DNA of 64,000 nucleotides, taken from the sequence record MT612988.1. The stretch is one strand, 5' to 3'. Under the pieces are notes generated by a model. The model was not told the DNA's origin and did not search any database. It saw nothing but the letters and a program-made list of their open reading frames with translations. The position numbers were made by a program, and so were the translations under genes. Below, piece by piece: positions 33,544 through 42,967 of this stretch (the first letter of the stretch is position 1; every line of letters begins with the position of its first letter).

Positions 33544-34644
33544 TTAATCGAATAAGCTATCGATTTCATCATTCAATTCAGACTCGTCTAACTGACCTAA
33601 GCAGTAAAGTCGTTTCACGCCTTCTTTGAAAGTCGGTGAATTGATGATGTCTTTCCAGAAAGAAAGCGTTTGTGTTTCTTTCGCTCGATATTTCTTTTCT
33701 TCGACGATCATTTCGCCAGTTTCTTCATCAACAGTTGCACGTTGATACCAACCATTAGATGGTTTAACAACATGACCGGTTTGAAGTGCAATATCAAGTA
33801 GACCAGAGAACATATCGATACCGTTTTCGTATGTAACTGTCAACGGAACTTTCATCTTCTCTTTCACGAAACGTGATTTCTCGATATTCATAATGAAGTG
33901 ATAGCCGACAATCTCTTTGCCGTCTTTTTCTTGCTGTTTACCGAGAATGATTACCGTATCAGCAGAGTACATGATACCCGTACCACCAGACATGACAGTT
34001 TTAGAGTACATTTCTTGAGTTTGATACGTGTGGTTGATCGCGATACAAGGAATATCGAGCATTGTGAAATATGGTGTGATGATACGGAACAATGATTTCA
34101 ATTGTTTCGCACGAGACATATCAGCAACTGACTTTTCGTTTTGCGCGTCATCGATTTCTTTTGCAGAAGCAACGTTACCTACCGAGTCAATAAAGAAAAT
34201 TACGCGGTCTGGTTCGTCACCCGCTTTCTTAGCTCGCTTACGTTCTGCAAGGTCTTTAAGCTGATTCGCCATTTCGAATTTCATACGCTCAACGCTCTCA
34301 CATTGTATATGAAGAACACGGTCTGGGTCAACACCTTGTGAGCGCAAATAAGACGGTGTGATACCGAATTCTGTATCAATGAATACACAAATTGCCTCAG
34401 GGTATTTCTTCAAGTAAGCAGCTACGCCAACTAGACCCAAGTTCGATTTAAAGTGCTTTGACGGTCCCGCTAGTACTGTCAACCCAGAAGTTAAACCACC
34501 ATCTACTTCACCACTAAAAGCAATGTTAATCGCAGGCACGTAAGTACGTGTATGATCTTTTTCGAACATAAACTGACTTTCTGATAACACTTGCGCGTAA
34601 CCAGATGTGCTTGATTTTTTCAACGATTTCATTAAATCTGACAT
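33544..34644 (-). CDS. uvsX: RecA-like recombinase UvsX
   Basis: GPSKHFKS, IDTEFG, IDSVGN, SGGTG, IEKSRFVKE. Confidence 0.96.
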   Translation of the reverse strand: MSDLMKSLKKSSTSGYAQVLSESQFMFEKDHTRTYVPAINIAFSGEVDGGLTSGLTVLAGPSKHFKSNLGLVGVAAYLKKYPEAICVFIDTEFGITPSYLRSQGVDPDRVLHIQCESVERMKFEMANQLKDLAERKRAKKAGDEPDRVIFFIDSVGNVASAKEIDDAQNEKSVADMSRAKQLKSLFRIITPYFTMLDIPCIAINHTYQTQEMYSKTVMSGGTGIMYSADTVIILGKQQEKDGKEIVGYHFIMNIEKSRFVKEKMKVPLTVTYENGIDMFSGLLDIALQTGHVVKPSNGWYQRATVDEETGEMIVEEKKYRAKETQTLSFWKDIINSPTFKEGVKRLYCLGQLDESELNDEIDSLFD

Positions 34645-34662
34645 TATTTTACCTTCTAACTA

Positions 34663-34690
34663 AGAAAGGAGCAGCAAAATGCTACCCCTT
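34663..34690 (-). terminator. Possible imperfect terminator
   Basis: ggggtagca-ttt-tgctgctcc followed by tttctt. Confidence 0.45.
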
Positions 34691-34710
34691 AAATTACAAC
34701 TGAGATTAAA

Positions 34711-35427
34711 TTAAGCTTTCTTTGCAGCACGCTTGCGTTTTGGCTTTACGGGCTCATCTTCAACTTCTTCATCTTCAGGGTCGACCTTTAGTTTGCGAAG
34801 CTCTTCAGCTACGCGCTCTTGAATCTGTTCTTCAAGTTGAGATTCAATGTCACCTGCAAGTTGAGCTTCAGCTTCTTTCATTTCATCTTCGAACTTCTTC
34901 GACATTTCTTGAAGACGTTCTGTAACCTCTTCTGGCGTCAGCCATAAGTCTTGGTTATGGTTGATGATTTCGTCGATCTCGTCAGCATCAAAGAACGGTT
35001 CATAAAGAAGACCACATACGCGGTTTAAATGCTCTTCGTGAGATTTAGCTTGTTTCAACGTGTCTGGCATTTTACCAATTTGACCGCCGCTCGATGTATG
35101 GAACATGAACGTTGCAAATGGGGATACGTGCCAACCATTACAAGCTAAGAAAATCATTGTACCTGCGCTGCACACTTCACCCTCTGCGCACGCGATGACT
35201 GCACCTGCTTTAGATTGCATAATTGCATCACAAATTTGACATGCAGCATAGAAGTTACCACCAGGTGTATTCAAGTGCAAGTAAATCACGTCTGTTTCGG
35301 AAGCCGTATGCAGAATTTGAAGCATTTCTTCATAATCATTCGGCTCTTCAATCGCACCGTTGATGTAGAAATCATGACGTACAGAACCAGCCCCTGCGTA
35401 CCATCCAATGTTATTTTTAAAAATCAT
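34711..35427 (-). CDS. ClpP-like serine protease with acidic/basic tail
   Basis: LHLNTPGG, EVCSAGTMIF (nucleophile Ser), FMFHT (His). Confidence 0.85.
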   Translation of the reverse strand: MIFKNNIGWYAGAGSVRHDFYINGAIEEPNDYEEMLQILHTASETDVIYLHLNTPGGNFYAACQICDAIMQSKAGAVIACAEGEVCSAGTMIFLACNGWHVSPFATFMFHTSSGGQIGKMPDTLKQAKSHEEHLNRVCGLLYEPFFDADEIDEIINHNQDLWLTPEEVTERLQEMSKKFEDEMKEAEAQLAGDIESQLEEQIQERVAEELRKLKVDPEDEEVEDEPVKPKRKRAAKKA

Positions 35428-35969
35428 AAGTCACCCTTTGTTAACTTTTCGATGAAAATCGTAGAGCCGTTCTGGCATTCGACGATCTCTGATTCCCCGT
35501 TGTGTGGGAAATACCAGAAAATTTTAGTTAAATCAATCGTAACGTCGTACGCTTCGATTTCATCAACGATTGTAGTTTTATATATGTGGTCTGCAAAAGG
35601 TAATGCAGACTCGATAACACTAGGGCCACCGATAACACTTATTTTATCAAAACCTTCTATCAGATAAACATTTTCGATGTTCTTAATCAGGTCTTGAAAG
35701 GAGTCACACTTGCAGTAAACATCGGCTTTTTGACCGTTTTTTGCAGTCGCTGTATCGCTGCTACTGAGCACAACGTGCGGGCGGTCTGCTAGTTTACCGG
35801 GAAGTGATTCGAATGTCTTAGAGCCCATTACAAGCACGCTATTCATAGTAACTGCTTTAAATCGAGCCAAGTCTTCTTTGTTATGTTTCCAAGGGAGTTT
35901 GTTTTGATTGCCGAAGGGCGCGTGCGGGGATTTACTCATACCGTGAGCGAAAACGATTTGAACTTTCAT
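35424..35969 (-). CDS. frd: Dihydrofolate reductase
   Basis: FGNQNKLPW, DLARFK, VMGSKTFESLP...R, VIGG. Confidence 0.92.
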   Translation of the reverse strand: MKVQIVFAHGMSKSPHAPFGNQNKLPWKHNKEDLARFKAVTMNSVLVMGSKTFESLPGKLADRPHVVLSSSDTATAKNGQKADVYCKCDSFQDLIKNIENVYLIEGFDKISVIGGPSVIESALPFADHIYKTTIVDEIEAYDVTIDLTKIFWYFPHNGESEIVECQNGSTIFIEKLTKGDL

Positions 35970-35990
35970 TTAATCTCCTATAAAGAGAAC

Positions 35991-36012
35991 AAAGGGGCAA
36001 TTAAGCCCCTTT
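35991..36012 (-). terminator. Terminator after gp32
   Basis: aggggc-ttaatt-gcccct followed by tt; the same stem-loop occurs at 63228. Confidence 0.8.
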
Positions 36013-36018
36013 AAATCA

Positions 36019-36945
36019 TTACTCGTCTAGCTCTAGGTCAGCTAGTAGTGCGTCTAGCTCGTCATCGACAGAATCAGTCACTGGCTCTTGTGAAGCAGGA
36101 GTGTCGTCAGTGTCGATAGTTGCGCTTGGTTTAGCAACTGTACGAGGTGCATTTGCTTGAGCAGGAGCACCAGTGTTCAGTTGAGCTTCAAGATTTTGAG
36201 CAGCCGTAGATGCTTTAGACTGAGCAGCGCCAGTCACTTGAAGAAAACGCTTCTGAAGGTCAGCTTCAGATTTAAACGCAGACGGTGCAATGATTGCGTT
36301 TAGGTCGTGCATTTGGTCCCAGACTTCTTTCAGTTTAGCTTCGTCACCGCCGTATAGCTCAGTGCTTGGGCCGAATTTAGAGTCGTCGTAGTTAGGGAAA
36401 CCAGATACTTTCTTAGCTTTCAAGCTGAAGTTAGCACCATCGAATACACAAGTCACGTCCATGCCCGGTACACCTAGATCTTCATCTGCTTGAGCAGCTT
36501 GAGTGATCTTGTCAAGAATTTTCTTACCGAAACGGTATTTGAAAACTTTGCCTTCATTTTCTGGTGCAGCTTCATCTTTGATTACAACGATGTTAGCCCA
36601 GTAAGAAAGAGTACGCTTGCGTTTACGTGCAATGTTTTGGTTATCTTCGTTTTCAGTTTTCCAAAGCTCGCCGTTAGCTTGGCAGCATGGACATGGAAGA
36701 TCGATAGTCGAAGGACAGTTTTCGATGTACCAGTTACCGTTTTCTTTGAAACCGTGTGTGAAGATTTTTACAAATGGTAGGTCGTCTTCGCCTTTAGCAG
36801 GCAGGAAGCGAATCACCGCAGAACCATTACCAAGCTTGTCAGTAGAAAGTTTCCACTCGTCAGCATTGTCGAATGACTTTTTGCTTGACATTTGCTCTAG
36901 TTTTTCTTGAAGTTTTGCTGGAGATTTGCGTTTGAACATAGACAT
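36019..36945 (-). CDS. 32: Single-stranded DNA-binding protein gp32
   Basis: MFKRKS, AVIRFLP, HGFK, CP...CPCC zinc site, acidic tail. Confidence 0.97.
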   Translation of the reverse strand: MSMFKRKSPAKLQEKLEQMSSKKSFDNADEWKLSTDKLGNGSAVIRFLPAKGEDDLPFVKIFTHGFKENGNWYIENCPSTIDLPCPCCQANGELWKTENEDNQNIARKRKRTLSYWANIVVIKDEAAPENEGKVFKYRFGKKILDKITQAAQADEDLGVPGMDVTCVFDGANFSLKAKKVSGFPNYDDSKFGPSTELYGGDEAKLKEVWDQMHDLNAIIAPSAFKSEADLQKRFLQVTGAAQSKASTAAQNLEAQLNTGAPAQANAPRTVAKPSATIDTDDTPASQEPVTDSVDDELDALLADLELDE

Positions 36946-37008
36946 ATTGTATTTTACCTTGTATTTTATAGTATGATATAGTATCGTATAGTGTGTTATT
37001 GTATTTTA
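36946..37008 (-). promoter_or_regulatory. A/U-rich repetitive gp32 leader, likely autogenous translational operator
   Basis: Three copies of TAAAATACAA and 10-nt periodic repeats. Confidence 0.5.
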
Positions 37009-37649
37009 CTTTGATTTTTTATTTGAATAAACATTTCTTTAGCAAGAACTTCGTCGATTTTCAGCAACTTATCGTATGCTAAAGCTCGTGTCTTGAACTC
37101 GTGCCAGAAGATATCGTCTCCGTAATCTTTGTCGATTACAGGTACGAAGTTCAATAATCTATTCAGAATTACGAACGTCTCAATTGAGATAGTATTTCGT
37201 AACACGAGTTGCATTATAACGGGATGCCCTTCGCCTCTAAACAAATCTTTGAATTTTTTATTCTCTCTATTTATAAGAGTAAAAATCGAAAGTAGTTCAT
37301 TTTTGTAGTGTTGACTGTAAATTTCCATAAATCCCGTATGTTTCAACCAGAATTCATGAGCGTCAGCACCTGCAATCTCATAAGAAATCGCATTTGGGTT
37401 CGCTGCTAAGTTACTAACAAGCAACTGATAGCAATCATTCAATGTTAGCCGTTTGGCTAGCCGTTCAAAAAACACCTTATCTGAACGCTTCTCGAACGCA
37501 GATCTAGGTGTTTTCATTCCGAGTTTATACTTGGAGATGTCGTACTTTCCGCCCATATGCGCCTTTACAGCACAATAAACACGAAATACGCTATACCCAT
37601 TGACCCAAGTCCGAGGCAGAACCAAATCGACTTCTAATAGTCTTTTCAT
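36996..37649 (-). CDS. 59: Helicase loader gp59
   Basis: YCAVKAHMGGKYDISKY, FEKRSDKVFF, TISIETFVIL. Confidence 0.92.
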   Translation of the reverse strand: MKRLLEVDLVLPRTWVNGYSVFRVYCAVKAHMGGKYDISKYKLGMKTPRSAFEKRSDKVFFERLAKRLTLNDCYQLLVSNLAANPNAISYEIAGADAHEFWLKHTGFMEIYSQHYKNELLSIFTLINRENKKFKDLFRGEGHPVIMQLVLRNTISIETFVILNRLLNFVPVIDKDYGDDIFWHEFKTRALAYDKLLKIDEVLAKEMFIQIKNQSKIQ

Positions 37650-37899
37650 TTATCGCCTCAGTCTCAATTTTGTCTTTCAACGTCTGATTAATCAGATACG
37701 GGAAGCGACTAATGTCGTAATCGTATTGCTCAATGAAGAACAGACACGCTTCAAGATAGGTCATGGCGGGACAGCTATTATAAATCTCTTCAATTTCTAG
37801 AGAGATTTGCTGTCTAAGACTGCCTTTAATAGGCGGAACTAAATCACCAAGCTCTTCTTTTAAAACGTAGTTGTCTTTATTCATCATCTGCATCGTCAA
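37591..37899 (-). CDS. 33: Late transcription coactivator gp33 (likely start 37887)
   Basis: EIEEIY, TYLEA, LKDKIETEA; dsbA-33-59 synteny. Confidence 0.85.
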   Translation of the reverse strand: MTMQMMNKDNYVLKEELGDLVPPIKGSLRQQISLEIEEIYNSCPAMTYLEACLFFIEQYDYDISRFPYLINQTLKDKIETEAINEKTIRSRFGSASDLGQWV

Positions 37900-38158
37900 A
37901 AAGCTTCTCGTATAGATTGTCTACCTTTTCATACTTCGCCTGTTCTTCTTGGCGGTTTTGTTTGTGATACATCTTCACAACTTTGTTGAAATCGGCAGGT
38001 TTGATTTCGAACTCTTCTTTTGCGCGATTCGCAATGTCTTTCATTAGATCGCGTTCAGAATCAATGCGCAACATGGAAGCAGACGCTTCTTTAACCATGT
38101 TAACTACTTCTTGCTTATCTTGCGGAGTAGAGATTGTTTCGTATTCAAGAATGTCCAT
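37877..38158 (-). CDS. dsbA: dsDNA-binding protein DsbA
   Basis: KEAS...KDIANRAKEE...FNKVVKMYHKQ; synteny. Confidence 0.88.
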   Translation of the reverse strand: MDILEYETISTPQDKQEVVNMVKEASASMLRIDSERDLMKDIANRAKEEFEIKPADFNKVVKMYHKQNRQEEQAKYEKVDNLYEKLFDDADDE

Positions 38159-38204
38159 CGTTACCTCAATATGTTTTGTTCAATGTCGTTGTTTCGTGCT
38201 GCTC

Positions 38205-38233
38205 ATTATACAGCAGCACATGTTGTTCTAAAC
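38205..38233 (-). promoter_or_regulatory. GTTTAG-17-TATAAT promoter for dsbA-33-59
   Basis: -35 at 38228-38233, -10 at 38205-38210. Confidence 0.7.
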
Positions 38234-38240
38234 AATTTTT

Positions 38241-39173
38241 TTAGAATTCGCTCATACTTTCAATAAGCTTATCTAACTTCTTAGAAGCAAAATACATCAT
38301 GATTTTACTTCTAGGCGCTGGCTTCTGCGCTTCAAACTGTTCGATTATGCTATCACTGATATTCTTAGGAATAAACGCAAAATCTAACAATTTTCTGTTT
38401 TCTTCATAACGAGCAAATTGCTCTTCAGTTAAGAGCTTTTTAAGCTCATCTGGCGTTGATGTCATTAGCGTGCGCAACTCTTCTTTGCGAACAGATGGTG
38501 CACGACGACCATCGCCATGTGTGTAGTGATCATTCGGCGCTTTCAACGGTGCAATACCGTCTTTTTTATCGCCTTTTATGCATTTAAACATGATGTCCAT
38601 TTCTGGTGAACCATGCTTCGGCTTGACCCATTTCTTCTGAATCGGAGACCATTGACGTACAAGCTTGCTTGTGTGTAACTGAGTAAAGTCACCATCTGAA
38701 GAAGTAATCAAAACTGGAACGTTTTTACTCACGTAATAATTAGTCAAAACACCAATATGGTCATCGGCTTCAACGCCTTCAATGTCCATTACGTAATACG
38801 GCATGTTTTCTTTGATTTCTTCTTTAATCTGCGCCATTGCATTGAAAATCGTTTCGAAATCCCAGCCAGAGTCATCACGCTGCTCACTACGTTTGTATTT
38901 GTAGTACCAAGCTTCTTTCTTGCGCCAATAACCGCCTTTACCGTTATCAATACACAAGATAATACGCGGGTATTTGAGTTTGTTCTTTAGCACGTTACTA
39001 CGTAGCGTGTTAAGAACGATATGACGAATCAAATCAACTGTTAGTAGATCAGTCGGTTTGTATGTTGCCATGATTGTACTCAAGACAATCTGACTGAAGT
39101 CAACGAGATTAACACCCGCTGGCATACCATCAAACGATTTTGTCTTTCGCTTGAAGAACCCCTCTAAACTCAT
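38241..39173 (-). CDS. rnh: RNase H / 5'-3' exonuclease
   Basis: VDFSQI, YWRK, YKYKR, EADD, SSDGDFTQL, KGDKKDGI. Confidence 0.95.
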   Translation of the reverse strand: MSLEGFFKRKTKSFDGMPAGVNLVDFSQIVLSTIMATYKPTDLLTVDLIRHIVLNTLRSNVLKNKLKYPRIILCIDNGKGGYWRKKEAWYYKYKRSEQRDDSGWDFETIFNAMAQIKEEIKENMPYYVMDIEGVEADDHIGVLTNYYVSKNVPVLITSSDGDFTQLHTSKLVRQWSPIQKKWVKPKHGSPEMDIMFKCIKGDKKDGIAPLKAPNDHYTHGDGRRAPSVRKEELRTLMTSTPDELKKLLTEEQFARYEENRKLLDFAFIPKNISDSIIEQFEAQKPAPRSKIMMYFASKKLDKLIESMSEF

Positions 39174-39203
39174 GTGTCGTTTCCTATATGTTTATATCGT
39201 GTG

Positions 39204-39211
39204 TCTAAATA
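39204..39211 (+). promoter_or_regulatory. Late promoter variant TCTAAATA for gp34-35
   Basis: TAAATA core about 40 nt before ATG 39252. Confidence 0.7.
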
Positions 39212-39251
39212 TATCATAGCGAATTGCATATCTAAACAAAGGAGCAATGAA

Positions 39252-42200
39252 ATGTCAGAATTCCGCAGAGCATTTCGTGCGTCAGGTCTTGATGCAAGTG
39301 GTCAGAATGTCATTAACGTAGCAGACCCACGAGCAAATGAATTGTTCGACGGTATTAACCAAGGCTACTTTATTGAAGAGAACACTGTTCAAGAGTATGA
39401 CCCAACACGAGATCACTATAAAGTAGACTTTATCGTTGAGTTCAATCAACGTCTATACAAAAACATTACCGAAATCAATGCACCTGAACCTTTTGACTCG
39501 CAGAAGTGGCAGAAAATGCGTACCGACCCTGAATGGGAAGATACTGATTCATCGGTAGGCGCAAACGTCGGTGACTTCTTGTTGTTAACAGCAAGCTCGG
39601 CAATCACTATTACACTGCCTGAAACACCATTAACAGGTGACACAGTTACAATCAAAGACGGTAAAGGCGTTCTTACAACTTACCCTTGTACGATTGCAGC
39701 AGCGGGCGGCTTGACGATTCAACATTACGGCATTGACGGTTCAATTGAGTCTAAACCGAGTATTTCATTCAATACCCCTAACAGCACTATATTCTTAGTG
39801 TACAACGGTATTGCATGGACATATCAGATCAATCAAGAGTTATACAATACGTATATTGACGACAGTCACCCAACTCAACAGGGTGGGTACTTATCAACTG
39901 GTGGTTATTTCACTAACGTTGGCGAGACAGTCACATATGACGGTTCAGTTAAGAAAATTGCAATTTCTGTACCACTGAACCCGAACGTGGGCGATACAAT
40001 TCATCTTAAAGATGTTGCGTATCTTGAGAATCAAACGTCGATTCAAATCGGTGTGAACCCGACTGCTACGGGTCAGGTTATTCAAGACCCTATTTCAGGC
40101 GAACGTAGTTCTGTTATCAGTCTTGATACTATCGGCGGCGCTGATATCACATTTATCGATGATAACGGTACTGGCGTATGGGTAATCACAATCGCGAACA
40201 ACCCGCATTTATGGAACTATGTCGGTGATTCAAGCGCGGTTGAATTGAAGCCTCGTTCTCGTTACGCTATCGAAATCGCAGATGCTGTTCCTGCAATGAC
40301 GATCACACTACCAGAAAAACCAGCAGATGGTGACTGGATTGAGATCTCACACAACAAAACAGCTCATAAGAAAGTAACGATTCAAGTTCACCCGAATTTC
40401 GGTGATGATGACCCAGGTCACGGCCCCGATGAATACAAAGTATTCTTGGACTTTGAAACATATCGTTATCAAAAATACCGTCATTACGTTGATTTCGTTC
40501 CATTCTTCGTTGAATCATTCGAAATTAGTGATTATGACAGCGGTTATTCACTAGTTCTATACTACGACGCGAGTCGTAAAGTATGGTCGTTCGGTAACAT
40601 CGCGACTCGTATCGATATCGCTGATGAACTATACCGTAAACGCCCGGGTATCGTGCCATTAGCTGACCCAACGGAAGCTCTAGCACACGGGATTGAATAT
40701 GCGCACCCTGAAGATGCAGCAGACCCTTGGGCTGATCAAAACCCACTGAAAGACCACGTAATCACGGTAGAGACGCTTGACGCTCGTCGTGCAGGTGAAC
40801 AGCAAGTTGGTATGGCTCGTGTTGCTACTCTTGGAACTGATGAAGCTCTTGAAGAATCGCGTTCTGGTACGTTTGTTCGTTACCCAGATACAAACTTCAG
40901 ACATGATCTGTTCATAACACCACGTAGTTTGAATGCGCGTACAGCAACTGAAACACGTCGCGGTGTAGTTGAAATCGCAACTCAAAACGAGACGCGAAGC
41001 ACAACTAACGATGTTCAAGTTCTAACACCGATGAAATTCCACGCTGCACAAGCTGAAGAAGATCTAACAGGTGTTGCAAAACTAGTCGAAGCGTCGAACA
41101 ACATCAATGCTGGTGGTATTGTTACATCAACAGCGAATATGCGTTCAGACCGTTCAGTAAATGGTCTTGACAATACAGTATATGATAAAACTGATCATCT
41201 GCGTATCGTAACGCCAAAAATGCTTGATGAGTATCGTGCTACAGAGAATCAACCTGGTACATTATGGGTTGCTAAGAGCAGTGAACTCCGCATCAACGAC
41301 TCAACAGTTGATAACGCGATCATCACGCCTAAGAAATTAGCAGCGTGGAAAGCAAGCTCAACGGTTCGTGGTATTGCTCGTTCTGCCACACAGTCTGAAG
41401 CAAATGCAACAACAGGAACTGGTGAATCGTGGACAACAGTCTTCATCACACCAGAAACGTTGAATAGCAGAACAGCAACTGAATCACGTCGTGGTGTTGC
41501 TGAAATCGCAACTCAAACTGAAGTTGACTCAGGGACAGACGATACTCGTATTGTTTCACCACTTAAACTGAAGACATGGCTTGATCGTGACCATTTCGTG
41601 ACGGCAGGAACAGATGGTCTATCGCATACTGGTACAGTGTGGGGCGACGTTACATTCAGCATCGCGTCAGCGACTGAAACACAACGTGGTACACTACAAG
41701 TTGCGACTCAAGTAGAAGCGAATGCTCAAACTGGTGCGCTTGATGATGTAATCATCACACCACAGAAGTTAAATGCGCGTCGTGCTACAGAAACGCAAAC
41801 CGGTATCGTGCGTCTTGCGACTCAAGCTGAAGTCGAAGCAGCGACAGCTAGTAATGAAATTGTTATTACTCCGAGTGATTTGCTACACTGGACTCGTTAC
41901 TCTGACAGCTCACGTGCAAATGAAAGTCGTTATGGTAACGTACAAATCGCAACACCAGCAGAAACATTTGTTGGTAACAGTACAGACGGTTCAACACAAG
42001 CGTATACGTCGTACTTGCGTGTTCCGTATGCAGTTTCACCTTACGGTCTGCATTATGCATTGCGCAACTACTTACCGCTAAACGCTAAAGCTGATGACTC
42101 AGAATTACTAGATGGCTTGAACAGTACACAATTTGCACGTCGTGACATCGACCAAACAATCAATGGCACGTATACGTTTAGTGGCGAATTCGTGCAAACG

Positions 42201-42959
42201 AAAGGTGGCGGTTATTTCTTAGTTGCAAACCCAACGAACGACGCAGCGAGTGTAAAACTCGACTGGTTTAATGACGAACCTCGCATTCGTGTGGGCGGTA
42301 GTGGTAACGGGTCTTCTTCACCATTCTCAATCGCAGGGACAGGTGACACAACTCGATGGCAAGTAAACTCAACTGGTTATACGACTCAACCAGGTGGGGC
42401 ATCGTTCGGTGATACAATATATGAAAATGAAGCGACTGCTAACGTTGATACAACATACGGGTCTTATTCGAGCCCGTCAAGCGGTTCACTTCGTCAGAAG
42501 TACTTGGGTATTAACAACGTAGCTAAAGCGTCTGAGAAGTGGGTTACAGCGCGTACAGTAACGTTCACCGGCGACTTGTCTGGTAACTTTACGTTAGATG
42601 GTAGCGGAAACGTTACTACAAACATTCAAGTTAATGATTACAGTCACGCTCACTCAGGTGAGAACATCACAACGGGTACAATTAACAATGATCGTCTGCG
42701 CAAATCAAGCCGCACGAATCAAGGTATTGTACAAGTAACAAGTGACGTGCGTACAGCAGACCCAGTGAATGCTTCAGACCCACACCAAGCTCTATCGGCT
42801 GGTGCTGGTAAGACGCTATCTGAGCGTATCGACTTGTTCACGCCAGACGGTGGTACAGGTGAGAGCGTTAAATACAGAGACTACATTCAAGTTGGTTCTG
42901 TAAGAATGTCAACTAATAATCAAGGCGTGTTGGAGTTTACGTACGGACACGCTATATAA
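39252..42959 (+). CDS. 34: Long tail fiber proximal subunit gp34
   Basis: FRASGLDA...INVADP N-terminus; repeated TPxxL...ATETRRG.AEIATQ units; divergent from rnh as in T4. Confidence 0.92.
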   Translation: MSEFRRAFRASGLDASGQNVINVADPRANELFDGINQGYFIEENTVQEYDPTRDHYKVDFIVEFNQRLYKNITEINAPEPFDSQKWQKMRTDPEWEDTDSSVGANVGDFLLLTASSAITITLPETPLTGDTVTIKDGKGVLTTYPCTIAAAGGLTIQHYGIDGSIESKPSISFNTPNSTIFLVYNGIAWTYQINQELYNTYIDDSHPTQQGGYLSTGGYFTNVGETVTYDGSVKKIAISVPLNPNVGDTIHLKDVAYLENQTSIQIGVNPTATGQVIQDPISGERSSVISLDTIGGADITFIDDNGTGVWVITIANNPHLWNYVGDSSAVELKPRSRYAIEIADAVPAMTITLPEKPADGDWIEISHNKTAHKKVTIQVHPNFGDDDPGHGPDEYKVFLDFETYRYQKYRHYVDFVPFFVESFEISDYDSGYSLVLYYDASRKVWSFGNIATRIDIADELYRKRPGIVPLADPTEALAHGIEYAHPEDAADPWADQNPLKDHVITVETLDARRAGEQQVGMARVATLGTDEALEESRSGTFVRYPDTNFRHDLFITPRSLNARTATETRRGVVEIATQNETRSTTNDVQVLTPMKFHAAQAEEDLTGVAKLVEASNNINAGGIVTSTANMRSDRSVNGLDNTVYDKTDHLRIVTPKMLDEYRATENQPGTLWVAKSSELRINDSTVDNAIITPKKLAAWKASSTVRGIARSATQSEANATTGTGESWTTVFITPETLNSRTATESRRGVAEIATQTEVDSGTDDTRIVSPLKLKTWLDRDHFVTAGTDGLSHTGTVWGDVTFSIASATETQRGTLQVATQVEANAQTGALDDVIITPQKLNARRATETQTGIVRLATQAEVEAATASNEIVITPSDLLHWTRYSDSSRANESRYGNVQIATPAETFVGNSTDGSTQAYTSYLRVPYAVSPYGLHYALRNYLPLNAKADDSELLDGLNSTQFARRDIDQTINGTYTFSGEFVQTKGGGYFLVANPTNDAASVKLDWFNDEPRIRVGGSGNGSSSPFSIAGTGDTTRWQVNSTGYTTQPGGASFGDTIYENEATANVDTTYGSYSSPSSGSLRQKYLGINNVAKASEKWVTARTVTFTGDLSGNFTLDGSGNVTTNIQVNDYSHAHSGENITTGTINNDRLRKSSRTNQGIVQVTSDVRTADPVNASDPHQALSAGAGKTLSERIDLFTPDGGTGESVKYRDYIQVGSVRMSTNNQGVLEFTYGHAI

Positions 42960-42967
42960 GGTGATTT

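Noticed and set aside
40750-42050. Tandem protein repeats in gp34
   Set aside because: Known T4 gp34 repeat architecture, and no nucleotide-level array.
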